A stretch of 59,256 nucleotides of DNA, filler included. It is 7 parts of 7 records of this genome, joined end to end, with 100 filler letters (N's around TTAATTAATTAA, not from the genome) between each part and the next. Parts side by side here need not be neighbours in the genome. Positions count along the whole stretch, not along the records: positions 21,599 to 33,434 come from SRR31156797_35228; positions 33,535 to 39,065 come from SRR31156797_35231; 5 more parts are not named here. One strand, 5' to 3'. Within the stretch, counting starts at the first letter, position 1; each line of letters opens with the position of its first letter. Of the stretch, positions 27,257 to 38,053 are shown one piece after another. The position numbers and the translations under genes were made by a program. The notes under the pieces are model-generated. The model saw nothing but the letters and a program-made list of their open reading frames with translations. It had not been told where the DNA came from and ran no database searches.

Positions 27257-28756
27257 ATGAAACAGCAGGATGAAACGGCCGATAAACTAACAGATCTTAA
27301 AACCATTTTTTGTCCCGGGAATATTGCTGTAATCGGGGCATCAACCTCATTCGCCAAGTGGGGGCAGACTATTTTTTCAAATATTGCGGCGGGCGGTTTT
27401 AAGGGAAAGATTTTTCCGGTAAATCCCAAGGGTGGTAAGATGTTCGGCCGGGACGTGTTTCCGAGTATCAGGGATATCCCGGATGACGTGGACCTGGCAT
27501 TTATCACCACGCCGGCCGGGACGATTCCGGGATTGCTGGAGGAATTGGGTGAAAAAGATGTTAAGGGCGCGGTGATCATCACATCCGGTTTCAGCGAGAC
27601 GGATGTATCCGGAAAAATTCTCGAAAGGAAGATCGCCCGTGTTGCTCGAAAAAACAACGTTTGGATTATCGGTCCCAATACCATGGGGATTATCTGCCCC
27701 CATGCAGGTCTTTTTGCCACGGGCTCTCATCCGCGGCCGCAGAAAGGGTCGGTGGCTTTTGTTTCACAATCCGGAAATCTGGGCAACCAGCTGGTTCACT
27801 GGGCCGAGCAGCAGGGGGTCGGTATTTCCCTCTTTGTGGGGTCCGGCAATGAGGCCATGCTGACCTGTCCCGATTATCTGGAATACCTGGAAAATGATCC
27901 TCATACCCGGTTTGTCGTGCTCTATGTGGAAAATGTGGAAGATGGGACCCGGTTCATGGAAACGGCCGGCCGGATCAACCGAAAAAAGCCGGTGATTCTC
28001 CTCAAGGGAGGGAGTACTCAGGCGGGGAAAAGGGCAGCGGCATCTCATACGGGCGCCATGAGCGGAGAGGATACCATCTTTAAGGGTGCCTGTCGTCAGG
28101 CGGGAATCTTGAATGTGAATGTTCCAACAGACTTGCTGAGCCTGTCGGCCGGGTTCTCTTCCCTTCCGCTTCCCGTCGGAAATCGGGTGGGCATCGTGAC
28201 CCTGGGCGGTGGATGGGGTGTTGTAACGGCCGATGAATGTGCCAAAAAAGGGCTCATAATTCCTGAAATTCCGGAACGGATTGTGGCAAACATCGGAAAA
28301 TACCTGCCCGAATTCTGGAGCAAGGGGAATCCCGTTGATTTGGTGGGAACCCGTAATCTGGAAGCTCCCGTGGTGGCCGTGGAGGAGTTGATGAAATGGG
28401 AGGGGATTGATGCGGTCATTTGTCTGGGTATTGTGGGACGGCATGAACTGGTGAAACAACTCCTGGAATCCACCCGGACGGCGGACCCCGATGTATCTTT
28501 GGGATTTTTGGCCCATGTGGAAAAAAGAGATCGCGAGTTTGAAGAAGGTTTTATTGCCCGGATGGCGGGGTTTATGGAGGCTTATGAAAAACCCGTTATC
28601 GGGGTTTCAATGGCCGACGGCGGTAAGGGAACGGTGCGGCCCGTTCCGGAGAGCCGGTACAGCGCTGTGATGTACCAGACGCCGGAAACTGCGGTGAATG
28701 TGCTGGCGGGGATGGTATCTTACAGTCGATTCTTGTCGAAAACCGGCGGTCGTTGA
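27257..28756 (+). CDS. Acyl-CoA synthetase (NDP-forming) alpha-type / CoA-binding protein
   Basis: IAVIGAS, PVNP, IIGPNTMG, VSQSG, GNEA, phospho-His SHTG and NPVD. No ATP-grasp domain in this ORF. Confidence 0.88.
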   Translation: MKQQDETADKLTDLKTIFCPGNIAVIGASTSFAKWGQTIFSNIAAGGFKGKIFPVNPKGGKMFGRDVFPSIRDIPDDVDLAFITTPAGTIPGLLEELGEKDVKGAVIITSGFSETDVSGKILERKIARVARKNNVWIIGPNTMGIICPHAGLFATGSHPRPQKGSVAFVSQSGNLGNQLVHWAEQQGVGISLFVGSGNEAMLTCPDYLEYLENDPHTRFVVLYVENVEDGTRFMETAGRINRKKPVILLKGGSTQAGKRAAASHTGAMSGEDTIFKGACRQAGILNVNVPTDLLSLSAGFSSLPLPVGNRVGIVTLGGGWGVVTADECAKKGLIIPEIPERIVANIGKYLPEFWSKGNPVDLVGTRNLEAPVVAVEELMKWEGIDAVICLGIVGRHELVKQLLESTRTADPDVSLGFLAHVEKRDREFEEGFIARMAGFMEAYEKPVIGVSMADGGKGTVRPVPESRYSAVMYQTPETAVNVLAGMVSYSRFLSKTGGR

Positions 28757-28896
28757 AACAGTCCACCGGTGTTCTTTACCAATGAGAGATACACGAGGCA
28801 TGGGTGAAGAATTTCCATTTTCCACTCAGATTGTAAACCCGCGGTTCCATTTTTTTACTCTTTTGCTTTTTCCGGGATTGCAGGGCGCACGGGTTC

Positions 28897-29553
28897 TCAT
28901 GGGGGCGCGGCGCCTCCCTGAAGAACCGCATTTAGAACGGACTCGACATCGGTTACATGCACGCCGATATTTTGCATTTCTTCCTTTCCCTTGGGGTATA
29001 AACCGGAAACGGCGTCTTCCATCAGCACAATCCTGAAATCCCGCTCACTCGCCTCGTAGATGGAAGTCCTCGGGCAGTTGGGGAAATTGCACCCCGCAAA
29101 AACAAGCGTATCCACCTGAAGCGCTTTCAAGTGAGATTCCAACGGCGTTTTAAAAAAAGCGCCCCATCTCGGTTTATAGATGATCGCTTCATGGGGGGTG
29201 ACGCTCTGGGTTTTTCCGGACAGGAGCAATCCGGTATCCAGACGGATAGGGTCGGGGTGAAACATCTCGAGGGCCGGTTCACATCCGATGCTCCCTTCAA
29301 GCAACATTTCCGCTCCGTTTTCGATTTCTTCTTTCCGGCACATGTCCACATTGCCGCCGTCTTTTTGATATATCCTCACCACATGCACGATGGGCATTCT
29401 TTTTAGTCGATATACGTCCAATATTTTCCTGACACGGGGGAGCATCGCCGATGTTCCGGACACTTCCAACGGTTGTCCGTCCAGGGTATCGCATTGGATA
29501 TCAATGGTGACAAGGGCCGAGGATCCGAAGTTTGCTTTGGTGTATTTGTTCAT
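28897..29553 (-). CDS. Isochorismatase-family cysteine hydrolase
   Basis: ALVTIDIQ, YKPRWGAF and GCNFPNCPRTSIYEASERD. Confidence 0.9.
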   Translation of the reverse strand: MNKYTKANFGSSALVTIDIQCDTLDGQPLEVSGTSAMLPRVRKILDVYRLKRMPIVHVVRIYQKDGGNVDMCRKEEIENGAEMLLEGSIGCEPALEMFHPDPIRLDTGLLLSGKTQSVTPHEAIIYKPRWGAFFKTPLESHLKALQVDTLVFAGCNFPNCPRTSIYEASERDFRIVLMEDAVSGLYPKGKEEMQNIGVHVTDVESVLNAVLQGGAAPP

Positions 29554-29619
29554 ATGCCGAAATGACCGTCCTGGACGGGACCGTTATAACCCGAAAAGCT
29601 GATTGTTATTTAGAATGTC

Positions 29620-29826
29620 TTACTTATGGATCGCGGCAAGGCCGATGCCGGCACCGATAAAAGTGCCGCCGATAATCCGTTTTGCATATATTCCAACGAT
29701 GTTTTTTTTAAAAGGGAGACAACCTTCTCACCGCCGACGGCATAAATCATAAAGCAGGCAAAGGCGATGAACGCGCAAATGCCCATCAAAAGACACGGTT
29801 GCGATAAATAATTGGTAGAATCAATA
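29620..29826 (-). pseudogene. LysE/RhtB translocator 3' remnant with frameshift
   Basis: One frame gives IDSTNYLSQ..CAFIAFACFMIYAVGGEKVVSLLKK. After an A-run near 29702-29709 another frame gives NIVGIYAKRIIGGTFIGAGIGLAAIHK*. There is no 5' half. Confidence 0.6.
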
Positions 29827-29864
29827 GTATGAAGTTTAAAGACATCAGAACCGGTCCTTATGGT

Positions 29865-30356
29865 TTATTTTGATTTGGTGCTCATGCAGATGTCGACAAT
29901 ATGGTGTTTTTCCGGATGCTCATCCGGATTATTCAGATAAATCTCATAGCTGGGTCGCGACATATCAATTTCATGATCATTCTCGTTCATCCATTCCACC
30001 ACGGTATTCCATGCCGGGCCGTATTCCTCCGGCCCCGTCAGTTCCGCCCGCATGACCGCATATTTTCCGCCGGGTAGAACTTTCCGCCCCATATGGCCAT
30101 CCACTTGGGTATCACCCGGTATACCCATGCACAATTCCAATTTCAGTTCATCGGGCGGGGTAATATTGGGATCATCCCGGTAGGCGGACAAAAACACCGA
30201 TTCCGGGGTGATCAATCCCTTGGGACCCGCCCACCCGCATAGCTTATCAAACAGGTCCTGGAAAATTTGGGGGTTGCCCATATAGTTGCCGGTAAAGGAA
30301 ACAAATGCAACCTCCCGTTCCGCTAGTTCCTTAATTTCAGGCTGTTCGGTTTTCAT
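29865..30356 (-). CDS. GyrI-like (AraC effector-binding) domain protein
   Basis: DDPNITPPDELK, LPGGKYAV, AWN.VVEW and PSYEIYLNNP. Confidence 0.9.
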   Translation of the reverse strand: MKTEQPEIKELAEREVAFVSFTGNYMGNPQIFQDLFDKLCGWAGPKGLITPESVFLSAYRDDPNITPPDELKLELCMGIPGDTQVDGHMGRKVLPGGKYAVMRAELTGPEEYGPAWNTVVEWMNENDHEIDMSRPSYEIYLNNPDEHPEKHHIVDICMSTKSK

Positions 30357-30602
30357 TGTTTTTCCCCTTCTCTTTGGAATGTGTCGGAATATTATCCGAA
30401 CTACCGGCTGAAGACAAGGGGAAACCCAAGGAGGCCCTGTTTGATGCGCACAAACCTATTTTCCGATTTCGCTTCACGTTGTACCGGCCGATTCAAAGAG
30501 TCATTTGATTTCCGATATATCCAGAACGTATGTAACCATTGTTTCAAGCGCCGCCAGACGGCTGGCCAAATTGGTGTTCGAAACATCTTAATTCCGGAAA
30601 AA

Positions 30603-31520
30603 TCAACGAATGACATTCCCTTTGCTTCCTGTTTTTCCCGGTTGTTCAGGCGGCATCCGTTTCAGATGTTCGGAAAAGAATTTCTTGGTGGATTCCCAGG
30701 CTTCAAGCCACCCCTTGTGACCTTTTTCAAGCATGTGTCCGCCCCCTTTCACCAGTTGAAGTTGGACCTTTTTGCCGCAATCCAACATGGCTTTGGCCAT
30801 GTTGAGGCTTTGATCCATGGGAACCCGCATGTCCCGGTCCCCGTGAATCAACAATGTGGGGGCGTTAATGGCGCAGACGGCATTTATGGGGGATTTGGCT
30901 TTTAATCCCAAATCTTTGGCGCAGACATCGGGGACATAGGCGTCTTTGATGCCGGGGGCCCGGGTGGTCTGGGCCCACCTTGAAAGATCTGTGACGGGAA
31001 AAAAGGACACCACGGCTTTGACTTTTGGGGTAAGGCCTGCCGCCAGGAGGGCCACCTGACCCCCTTGTGAGAATCCGAGCAGGCCCATGCGGTGGGGATT
31101 GACACCGGGTTGACGAGAAAGCCATTGAACCGCATTGACCACATCAAAGGGTTGCTTGCCGCCGCAATCGTCCAGGCCCCCCGTGTCGGGCCACCCGCGC
31201 ATGGAAAGGGCCAGGGCCACGTAACCCTCCCGGGCCAGATGCCAGGCCACAATGCTCACCATGTCGGCGCCGTTTTCCTCCGGCTCAAGCCAGCCATGGA
31301 GCACCACAATGGCCGGATCACTTTCGCCCGGGTCACCCGGGGTGTAGAGAATGCCGGCCATGGAGATATCATCTCCGGGGATGGTGACGCGGGTTCCCTC
31401 TTTCAGAATTTCTTGTTTGTCGATACAGGCGTTAGGGATAAAAATGAAAAGAAGGGTCAGAAAATACCCCCCGTATTGGGAGAGCCTCCAAAAGATTCGT
31501 TTGCGGGCGGGGGTTCGCAT
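30603..31520 (-). CDS. Alpha/beta hydrolase, S9 peptidase-like
   Basis: HGW, nucleophile elbow GFSQGG, LLIHGDRD and GGGH, with an N-terminal membrane anchor. Confidence 0.88.
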   Translation of the reverse strand: MRTPARKRIFWRLSQYGGYFLTLLFIFIPNACIDKQEILKEGTRVTIPGDDISMAGILYTPGDPGESDPAIVVLHGWLEPEENGADMVSIVAWHLAREGYVALALSMRGWPDTGGLDDCGGKQPFDVVNAVQWLSRQPGVNPHRMGLLGFSQGGQVALLAAGLTPKVKAVVSFFPVTDLSRWAQTTRAPGIKDAYVPDVCAKDLGLKAKSPINAVCAINAPTLLIHGDRDMRVPMDQSLNMAKAMLDCGKKVQLQLVKGGGHMLEKGHKGWLEAWESTKKFFSEHLKRMPPEQPGKTGSKGNVIR

Positions 31521-31545
31521 TTTTGTTTAAATGCTCACAACCTCT

Positions 31546-33000
31546 TTAAACGTTCAGTTTACGGTGAATCAGCTTGATGACCGATTTGGGATTGGCTTTC
31601 CCTTTGGTTTTTCTCATGATCTGTCCCACCAGAAAATCAATGGGTTTGAGGTTCCCCTCCCTGATTTGAGAAACCACCTTGGGGTTTTCATTCACGACCT
31701 CATCCAGAAAGGTTTCCAGTTGATCTTCATCCTGAATGGGTTTCAAACCCTTTTTATGGATGATCGCTTTAGGCTCCTCGCCGGTCTTGAACATGTCGTC
31801 AAGAATTTCTCTACCGATTCCGGGGGTTATTTCACCCTGGGACACGAGATTGACCAATTCCGCGAAGTTAATCGGCGTGATGGGGCATCCTCCAATGGCA
31901 AATGATGCTTCTTTGAGAAGCCTGAAAAGTTCTTTGATAATCCAGTGACTCAGTTTTCTGGGATCCCGGCAATGGGATACGCAGGCGGTGAAATAGTCCG
32001 AGATGTCCCTGTCCTTGGTCAGAATCAGTGCATCGTCCCTGGGAATGGCATATTCATCCATGATCCGCCTGACCCTTTGGTGGGGGAGTTCGGGCAATGC
32101 ACTTTTGATGTCGGTGATGAACTTGTCTTCAAGGTTTACTTCCAACAGGTCGGGATCCGGAAAATATCGGTAGTCCGGGGCATCCTCCTTGCTCCGCATG
32201 GGACGGGTAACGCGCTTTGTCTCATCGAAGAGGAGTGTTTCCTGGTGAATGGTGCCACCCGATTCCAGGATTTCCGCCTGCCGCTTCATTTCGTATTCCA
32301 GTGCTTCCATCATGAATCGGAAAGAGGACATGTTTTTGACCTCGGTCCGGTTGTTGAATCCCTTGGTCCCCCTGGGGCGAATGGATAGGTTTACATCACA
32401 CCGAAGCTGCCCTTTTTCCATTTTGCAGTCACTGATGCCGATGTAGCGGAGGATCTGCCGCAACTTTTCAAGGTAGCTCCGGGCCTCCTGAACGGAGCGC
32501 AAAGGGTTTTTTTCATGGTCTCCCACAATCTCAAGGAGCGGTACGCTGCTTCGATTGTAGTCCACCAGGCTGTAGTCGGCATCATCAAAGGAATCGGATG
32601 AGTGCACCAGTTTTCCCGCATCTTCTTCCAGGTGAATCCGTTTGATGCCGACGGAGTAGGGCTGGCCGTCATCACCGGTGATTTCGAGGCATCCGTTTTC
32701 ACAAAACGGGAGTTCATACTGGGAGATTTGATATCCTTTGGGTAGATCAGGGTAGAAATAGTTTTTCCGGGCAAACCTCGAACGCCGGTTTATGGTGCAA
32801 TCAAGGGCCAAGCCTGCGGAAACGGCATATTCCACGGCCTTTTTATTGAGCACGGGAAGCGCTCCCGGCTGCCCGGTGCAGACCGGACAGATTTCCGTAT
32901 TGGGAGGGATATCATAAGCCACCCGGCAATTGCAGAACAGTTTTGTTTCGGTTTTCAGCTCGACGTGTGTTTCAAAGCAGATAATCGCATCATATTCCAT
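31546..33000 (-). CDS. gatB: Asp-tRNA(Asn)/Glu-tRNA(Gln) amidotransferase subunit B
   Basis: ETHVEL.T.TKLFC, FARKNYFYPDLPKGYQISQ, HLEEDAGK and DYRYFPDPDL. Confidence 0.97.
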   Translation of the reverse strand: MEYDAIICFETHVELKTETKLFCNCRVAYDIPPNTEICPVCTGQPGALPVLNKKAVEYAVSAGLALDCTINRRSRFARKNYFYPDLPKGYQISQYELPFCENGCLEITGDDGQPYSVGIKRIHLEEDAGKLVHSSDSFDDADYSLVDYNRSSVPLLEIVGDHEKNPLRSVQEARSYLEKLRQILRYIGISDCKMEKGQLRCDVNLSIRPRGTKGFNNRTEVKNMSSFRFMMEALEYEMKRQAEILESGGTIHQETLLFDETKRVTRPMRSKEDAPDYRYFPDPDLLEVNLEDKFITDIKSALPELPHQRVRRIMDEYAIPRDDALILTKDRDISDYFTACVSHCRDPRKLSHWIIKELFRLLKEASFAIGGCPITPINFAELVNLVSQGEITPGIGREILDDMFKTGEEPKAIIHKKGLKPIQDEDQLETFLDEVVNENPKVVSQIREGNLKPIDFLVGQIMRKTKGKANPKSVIKLIHRKLNV

Positions 33001-33019
33001 GGTTGGGTTTTTCCACCTT

Positions 33020-33434
33020 TTAGCCGTTGGTTACCGGAGTTTTCACATTTGCCGTTCCAGCGATCCGCTCATAGGCCGCACCCACCCGAAGGACCATCTC
33101 TTCATCAAAGGGTTTTCCCACGATTTGAAGTCCCACCGGCAAGTCATCCACCGTGCCGCAGGGCAGGCTCATGCCGGGCAGTCCCGCCAGGTTGAGGGAA
33201 ACGGTGTAGATGTCCACCAGATACATTTGCAGGGGATCGGTCATTTTTTCACCCAGTGCGAAGGGGAGGCACGGTGTGACCGGGGTCATGATGCAGTCCA
33301 CTTTCTTGAATGCTTCGTCAAAATCCCTCTTGATCAATGCCCTGGCCTTCTGGGCTTTCAGGTAATAGGCGTCGTAATAGCCTGCCGAGAGAACATAAGT
33401 CCCCAGCATGATGCGCCGTTTGACCTCCATGCCG
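33020..33434 (-). CDS. gatA: Amidotransferase subunit A (5' truncated)
   Basis: [27 protein letters not shown] and [11 protein letters not shown]. Confidence 0.96.
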
Positions 33435-33534
33435 NNNNNNNNNNNNNNNNNNNNNNNNNNNNNNNNNNNNNNNNNNNNTTAATTAATTAANNNNNNNNNN
33501 NNNNNNNNNNNNNNNNNNNNNNNNNNNNNNNNNN
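33435..33534. other. Artificial contig spacer
   Basis: N runs plus TTAATTAATTAA. Confidence 0.99.
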
Positions 33535-34669
33535 CGGGAAAGGTGTACTTGTCCACTTGGGGTTTGATATTGAGTTTCTTCACCCCCTCGGCAGCCTCCA
33601 GTTCGGCCATCTGAATCTCGTTGTCGAAGTGACCGATATTGCAGACAATCGCCTGATCCTTCATTCCCTTCATATGTTCAAGAGTGATCACCCCCCTGTT
33701 TCCGGTGGTGGTCACATAGATATCGCCGATTCCCAGGGTATCCTCCACGGTTTTTACCTCATATCCGGCCATGGAGGCCTGAAGGGCGCAGATCGGATCA
33801 ATTTCGGTCACAATCACCCGGGCGCCCATGCCCCGCAGAGATTCGGCGGATCCTTTACCCACATCGCCGTAACCGCAGACAACCGCCACCTTGCCGGCGG
33901 TCATCACATCGGTGGCCCTTTTGATGCCGTCCACCAAAGACTCCCGGCAGCCGTAGTAGTTATCGAATTTGGATTTGGTTACCGAATCGTTCACATTGAT
34001 CGCCGGGATCAGGAGTTCGCCGTTTTCCATCATCTGATAGAGCCGGTGAACACCGGTCGTGGTCTCCTCGGAAACCCCCTTCCAGTCGGCAACGACGTTT
34101 TTCCAGCGGTCGGAGGATTCGGCGAGAATCTGTTTCAACCGGATCTGAAGCTGCCTTTCATCCTCACCGCCGGCCGGAGCCTCCAGGATGGAAGGGTCCT
34201 TTTCGGCTGCATAGCCCCTGTGGATCATCAAAGTGGCATCCCCGCCATCATCGACGACCAGCTGGGGTCCCAGACCGTTCCCGAAATCCAGAGCCCGCTC
34301 GGTACACCACCAGTACTCCTCCAGAGTCTCACCCTTCCAGGCAAACACCGGTATCCCGGCGGGGACCTCTTCGGTCCCAGGACCCACAGCAACCGCGGCA
34401 GCGGCGTGATCCTGGGTGGAGAATATATTACAGGAACACCAGCGGACATCCGCCCCCAGGGCGATCAGGGTTTCGATCAGCACAGCTGTCTGAATGGTCA
34501 TATGGAGGGAACCCATAATCCTGACCCCTTCCAGGGGTTTCCCCGAAAGGGCTTCCGCACTCCCGTACTTCTCCCTCAAAGCCATAAGCCCGGGCATTTC
34601 CCGTTCGGCAATATCCAGTTCCTTCCGGCCCCAGGCAGCCAGAGAGATGTCCTTGATTTTATATTCCAT
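33535..34669 (-). CDS. ahcY: Adenosylhomocysteinase (3' truncated)
   Basis: [40 protein letters not shown] and KSKFDN.YGCRESL. Confidence 0.97.
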
Positions 34670-34742
34670 AATAATCTCCCTTTTTGCAAATTTTACTACT
34701 AATGGTTTAAGTTGACAATAGAACTGCTCTTCATTATGCTAT

Positions 34743-35843
34743 ATGAAAATAACAACCGGGCGTGGTATAATTATTATAATGAATTTAACAACGATTTTGA
34801 CTGCATTCTGCATTTCCCTCGCTGTCTCAGCGATTTTAATACCTATAATTATTCGAATCAGTCACCGAAACGGGTGGTACGACTCTCAGGATCATCGGAA
34901 AATCCACGATGGAGACATTCCCAGACTCGGGGGGATCGGAATTTTCGCAGGTTTTTTAGCCGGTGCCCTGATTCTTTTCTTCACAGGATTGAAGAATTGT
35001 ACCGACTACTCCTGCCCGCCCCTTTTTCGGGTTCTTGTGTTTATGATCACAGCCGCAGGAATTCACGTTACCGGGCTGATAGACGATTTTACAAATATGC
35101 GGCCCCGGAACAAGTTTATTATTCAGATCCTGGCAGCGGTTCTGGCGACGGCCGCTGGTCTGCGGTTCTATGGACTCCATCTGATTTTCACCGATATAAC
35201 GATTGATATTCCGGTTATCTCCTGGGCCCTTTCCATCTTCTGGATTGTCGGGGTATGTAATGCGGTCAACCTGATCGACGGGATGGATGGTCAATCCTCC
35301 ACTGTAAGCGTGATAGCCGCTGCGGCCTTCGGGGTTATCGCCCTCGCGACCGGTGCCTATCTGACGGCTATCATCGCTTTCGCCCTGGCAGGCGGAATCA
35401 TCGGATTCCTGATCTACAATAAGCCGCCAGCAAAAATCTTTATGGGCGACTCGGGCTCCCTCTTTCTCGGATTCACCCTGGCGATTCTGCCCCTCCTGGA
35501 AATCTCATCCGGAACAAACTACACCTTAAGCATTTCGATCACGATCCTGCTTATACCGATAACTGATACCCTCTTTGCCATCACCCGGCGCATCGCCCGT
35601 AAAAAGGCCATATCCTCCCCCGATCGGGAGCATATCCACCATACCCTTCTGGATCTGGGCTACTCCAACGTCAAGATCCTCTTTATGATCGGATTCTACG
35701 CTGTTCTTCTGGCGGCGGTTCCCTTTCTCCTGATGAAGATAAGTGACTTCTGGGTGGAGCTTCTGATGATGGCCCTCTGGGTATTTTCGTTCTACCTGTT
35801 CTACTGGCTGCACAAGCTGGTCAGAAATCGAAATAAACAGTAA
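34743..35843 (+). CDS. MraY/WecA-type undecaprenyl-phosphate GlcNAc-1-phosphate transferase (start may be 34779)
   Basis: RKIH...PRLGG, GLIDD, NAVNLIDGMDG, IFMGDSGS and PDREHIHH. Confidence 0.92.
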   Translation: MKITTGRGIIIIMNLTTILTAFCISLAVSAILIPIIIRISHRNGWYDSQDHRKIHDGDIPRLGGIGIFAGFLAGALILFFTGLKNCTDYSCPPLFRVLVFMITAAGIHVTGLIDDFTNMRPRNKFIIQILAAVLATAAGLRFYGLHLIFTDITIDIPVISWALSIFWIVGVCNAVNLIDGMDGQSSTVSVIAAAAFGVIALATGAYLTAIIAFALAGGIIGFLIYNKPPAKIFMGDSGSLFLGFTLAILPLLEISSGTNYTLSISITILLIPITDTLFAITRRIARKKAISSPDREHIHHTLLDLGYSNVKILFMIGFYAVLLAAVPFLLMKISDFWVELLMMALWVFSFYLFYWLHKLVRNRNKQ

Positions 35844-35860
35844 ACGTCATTATAGGATAA

Positions 35861-35919
35861 ACATAAAAAAAGCAGACTGAGCATTCGCCTTTAGACACGC
35901 GCAGGTCTGCTTTTTATGT
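35861..35919. terminator. Bidirectional terminator-like inverted repeat
   Basis: AAAAAGCAGAC...GTCTGCTTTTT between convergent genes. Confidence 0.65.
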
Positions 35920-35941
35920 GCACTTTCATTATCTATTGCGA

Positions 35942-38053
35942 TTACTTTCTTTTCTTTCTTCTGTCCTCTTTCGCCTTCATTAAATCCGCCAGCGTAGTTC
36001 CTCCAGTCTCCTCGGCCTCTTTGTTGACCTTCTTGATCATGGAGCGTGCGATCGACTGTTCCCTCCGGGAGGGGCGTTTGGATCCGTAAAGGTTTCCCTT
36101 ATCCTCTCCTTCGTCCTCGTAGCCGCAGGAGCGGGACTGGCAGACCAGGAGTTCCCGGCCCTTCTTGTCGTGAACTTTCATCATCCGCTTGCCGCAGAGG
36201 AGGCAGGGTTTTGTGGTGAGGTTGTCGGGCTTGTACTCTTCCTTCGAGGCCTTCACCTCACCGACTAACTTCTTCGCATAGGCCCGCATATCGGCAATGT
36301 AGGCGCCGCTTTTTTCCTTGCCCTTGGCGATGGCATCGAGCCGGGCCTCCCAGCGGGCGGTCAGTCCCGGAGAGGTCATCTCCTGGGGGACCAGCTTGAG
36401 GAGCTGCATCCCCGCCCCTGTGGGCACCAGCTCCCGGCCCCGCCGTTCCACATAGTAGTTGTTTATCAGTTTTTCTATAATATCCGCCCTTGTGGCGGGG
36501 GTGCCCAGACCGAAACCCGGGGCCGAGGCTTTCAGCGCCTTGTCTGTAACAAACTTTCCCGGATTCTCCATGGCCGAGAGAAGGGTCCCCTCGGTGTACC
36601 GGGCCGGTGGTTTGGTAAAGCCCTGCTTGACCTTCACATCCGCCACATTCAGCTCCTCACCTTCCCTGTGATCCTTCAGATGCTGATCGGGCATCTCCGA
36701 CTCTTCCTCATCATCCCGGGTAAAACCATGCTCCACGGCCCGCCAGCCCCGATCGATCACCCGGCTTCCCCGGGTTATAAAACGGTCAGTGATTTTACCG
36801 CCCTCTCCCTCGGTCACAACTTCGGTGATGATTTCGACCGACTCGGAAATCTCCGACGGAGAGAGGACCGCGAGGAAACGCATGGCGATAAGGTTCCAGA
36901 GGGATTTCTCTTCCCCGCTTAACCGATCCATCCTGACCAGCTCTTCAGTGGGAATAATCGCATGGTGATCGGAGACTCCGGCGTCGTTTATCAGCCTCTT
37001 CCCCGGCTTCAGCTCCTTCTTTAAAAGCTCCTCCGCCCCGCGATTCACAGGTGTGCCCCGGAGGGCTTTCAGCCGATCCTTCAGGGTCGACTCCATATCC
37101 GAGGTGATATAGCGTGAATCGGTACGGGGGTAGGAAACGATCTTGTGCCGTTCATAAAGCCCCTGAAGAACCTGAAGGGTTTTCTTGGCCGACCAGCCGA
37201 GACGCTTGTTTGCCTCCCGCTGCAGATCGGTCAGATCATAGGCCAGAGGTGGAGGCGTCGACTTCTTTTTCCGCTTGACGGCGGTAATTCTGGCGGTCTG
37301 CCCCGCTAGACGCGCCGCAATCTCCCGGGCCCGGTTCTGATCGAAGTGACGTGTCAGGCCCTTATCCCCCTGCCAGAGACCATTGTAGGCACCGAAATCC
37401 GCCTGTACATTCCAGTAGGAGCGGGGCGTAAACCCCTCAATCTCCCGCTCCCGGGAGGCCAGAATCGCCAGGCTCGGGGTCTGTACCCGTCCCGCCGAAA
37501 GCCGGGCGTCCCATTTGCAGCTCAAGGCCCGGGTCAGATTGATTCCCACGACCCAGTCAGCCTCCGCCCGGCACTCGGCCGCCCGGAAGAGGTTTTCATA
37601 ATCCTTGCCGGGCTTCAGGTTTTTAAAACCGGTCTTGATTGCCGCGTCGGTCTGACTGGAGATCCAGAGTCGGTCGGTCTTCCCTTTCCAGCCGGCCAGC
37701 CGCATAATCCAACGGGCCACAAGCTCCCCCTCCCGGCCGGCATCGGTGGCGATAATAAGCCTGTTCACATCCCGCCGTTTCATCAGATCCTTGATGGTCC
37801 GAAACTGGCGGGAAGTTTTTCCGATAACCTTATGCTTCATCCGCTCAGGTAACATGGGCAGGTAGTCCATTTTCCAGGCGGCAAATCGTTCATCGTAGGC
37901 CGAAGGATCTGCCAGCTCCACCAGATGCCCCATGGCCCAGGTGACAATGTACTCCTTCCCTTCCAGATGGGATTTTGTCTTATTCGTACAACCGAGGACC
38001 CGGCCCAGTTCCCGGCCTACCGAAGGTTTTTCCGCCAATACAAGTGCTTTCAT
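35942..38053 (-). CDS. topB: DNA topoisomerase III
   Basis: AEKPSV, ATDAGREGELV, SAGRVQTP, catalytic SYPRTDS and GLGTPATRA. Confidence 0.93.
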   Translation of the reverse strand: MKALVLAEKPSVGRELGRVLGCTNKTKSHLEGKEYIVTWAMGHLVELADPSAYDERFAAWKMDYLPMLPERMKHKVIGKTSRQFRTIKDLMKRRDVNRLIIATDAGREGELVARWIMRLAGWKGKTDRLWISSQTDAAIKTGFKNLKPGKDYENLFRAAECRAEADWVVGINLTRALSCKWDARLSAGRVQTPSLAILASREREIEGFTPRSYWNVQADFGAYNGLWQGDKGLTRHFDQNRAREIAARLAGQTARITAVKRKKKSTPPPLAYDLTDLQREANKRLGWSAKKTLQVLQGLYERHKIVSYPRTDSRYITSDMESTLKDRLKALRGTPVNRGAEELLKKELKPGKRLINDAGVSDHHAIIPTEELVRMDRLSGEEKSLWNLIAMRFLAVLSPSEISESVEIITEVVTEGEGGKITDRFITRGSRVIDRGWRAVEHGFTRDDEEESEMPDQHLKDHREGEELNVADVKVKQGFTKPPARYTEGTLLSAMENPGKFVTDKALKASAPGFGLGTPATRADIIEKLINNYYVERRGRELVPTGAGMQLLKLVPQEMTSPGLTARWEARLDAIAKGKEKSGAYIADMRAYAKKLVGEVKASKEEYKPDNLTTKPCLLCGKRMMKVHDKKGRELLVCQSRSCGYEDEGEDKGNLYGSKRPSRREQSIARSMIKKVNKEAEETGGTTLADLMKAKEDRRKKRK

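Noticed and set aside
34670-34742. Possible SAH/SAM riboswitch upstream of ahcY
   Set aside because: A short AT-rich divergent promoter region with no aptamer-like structure.
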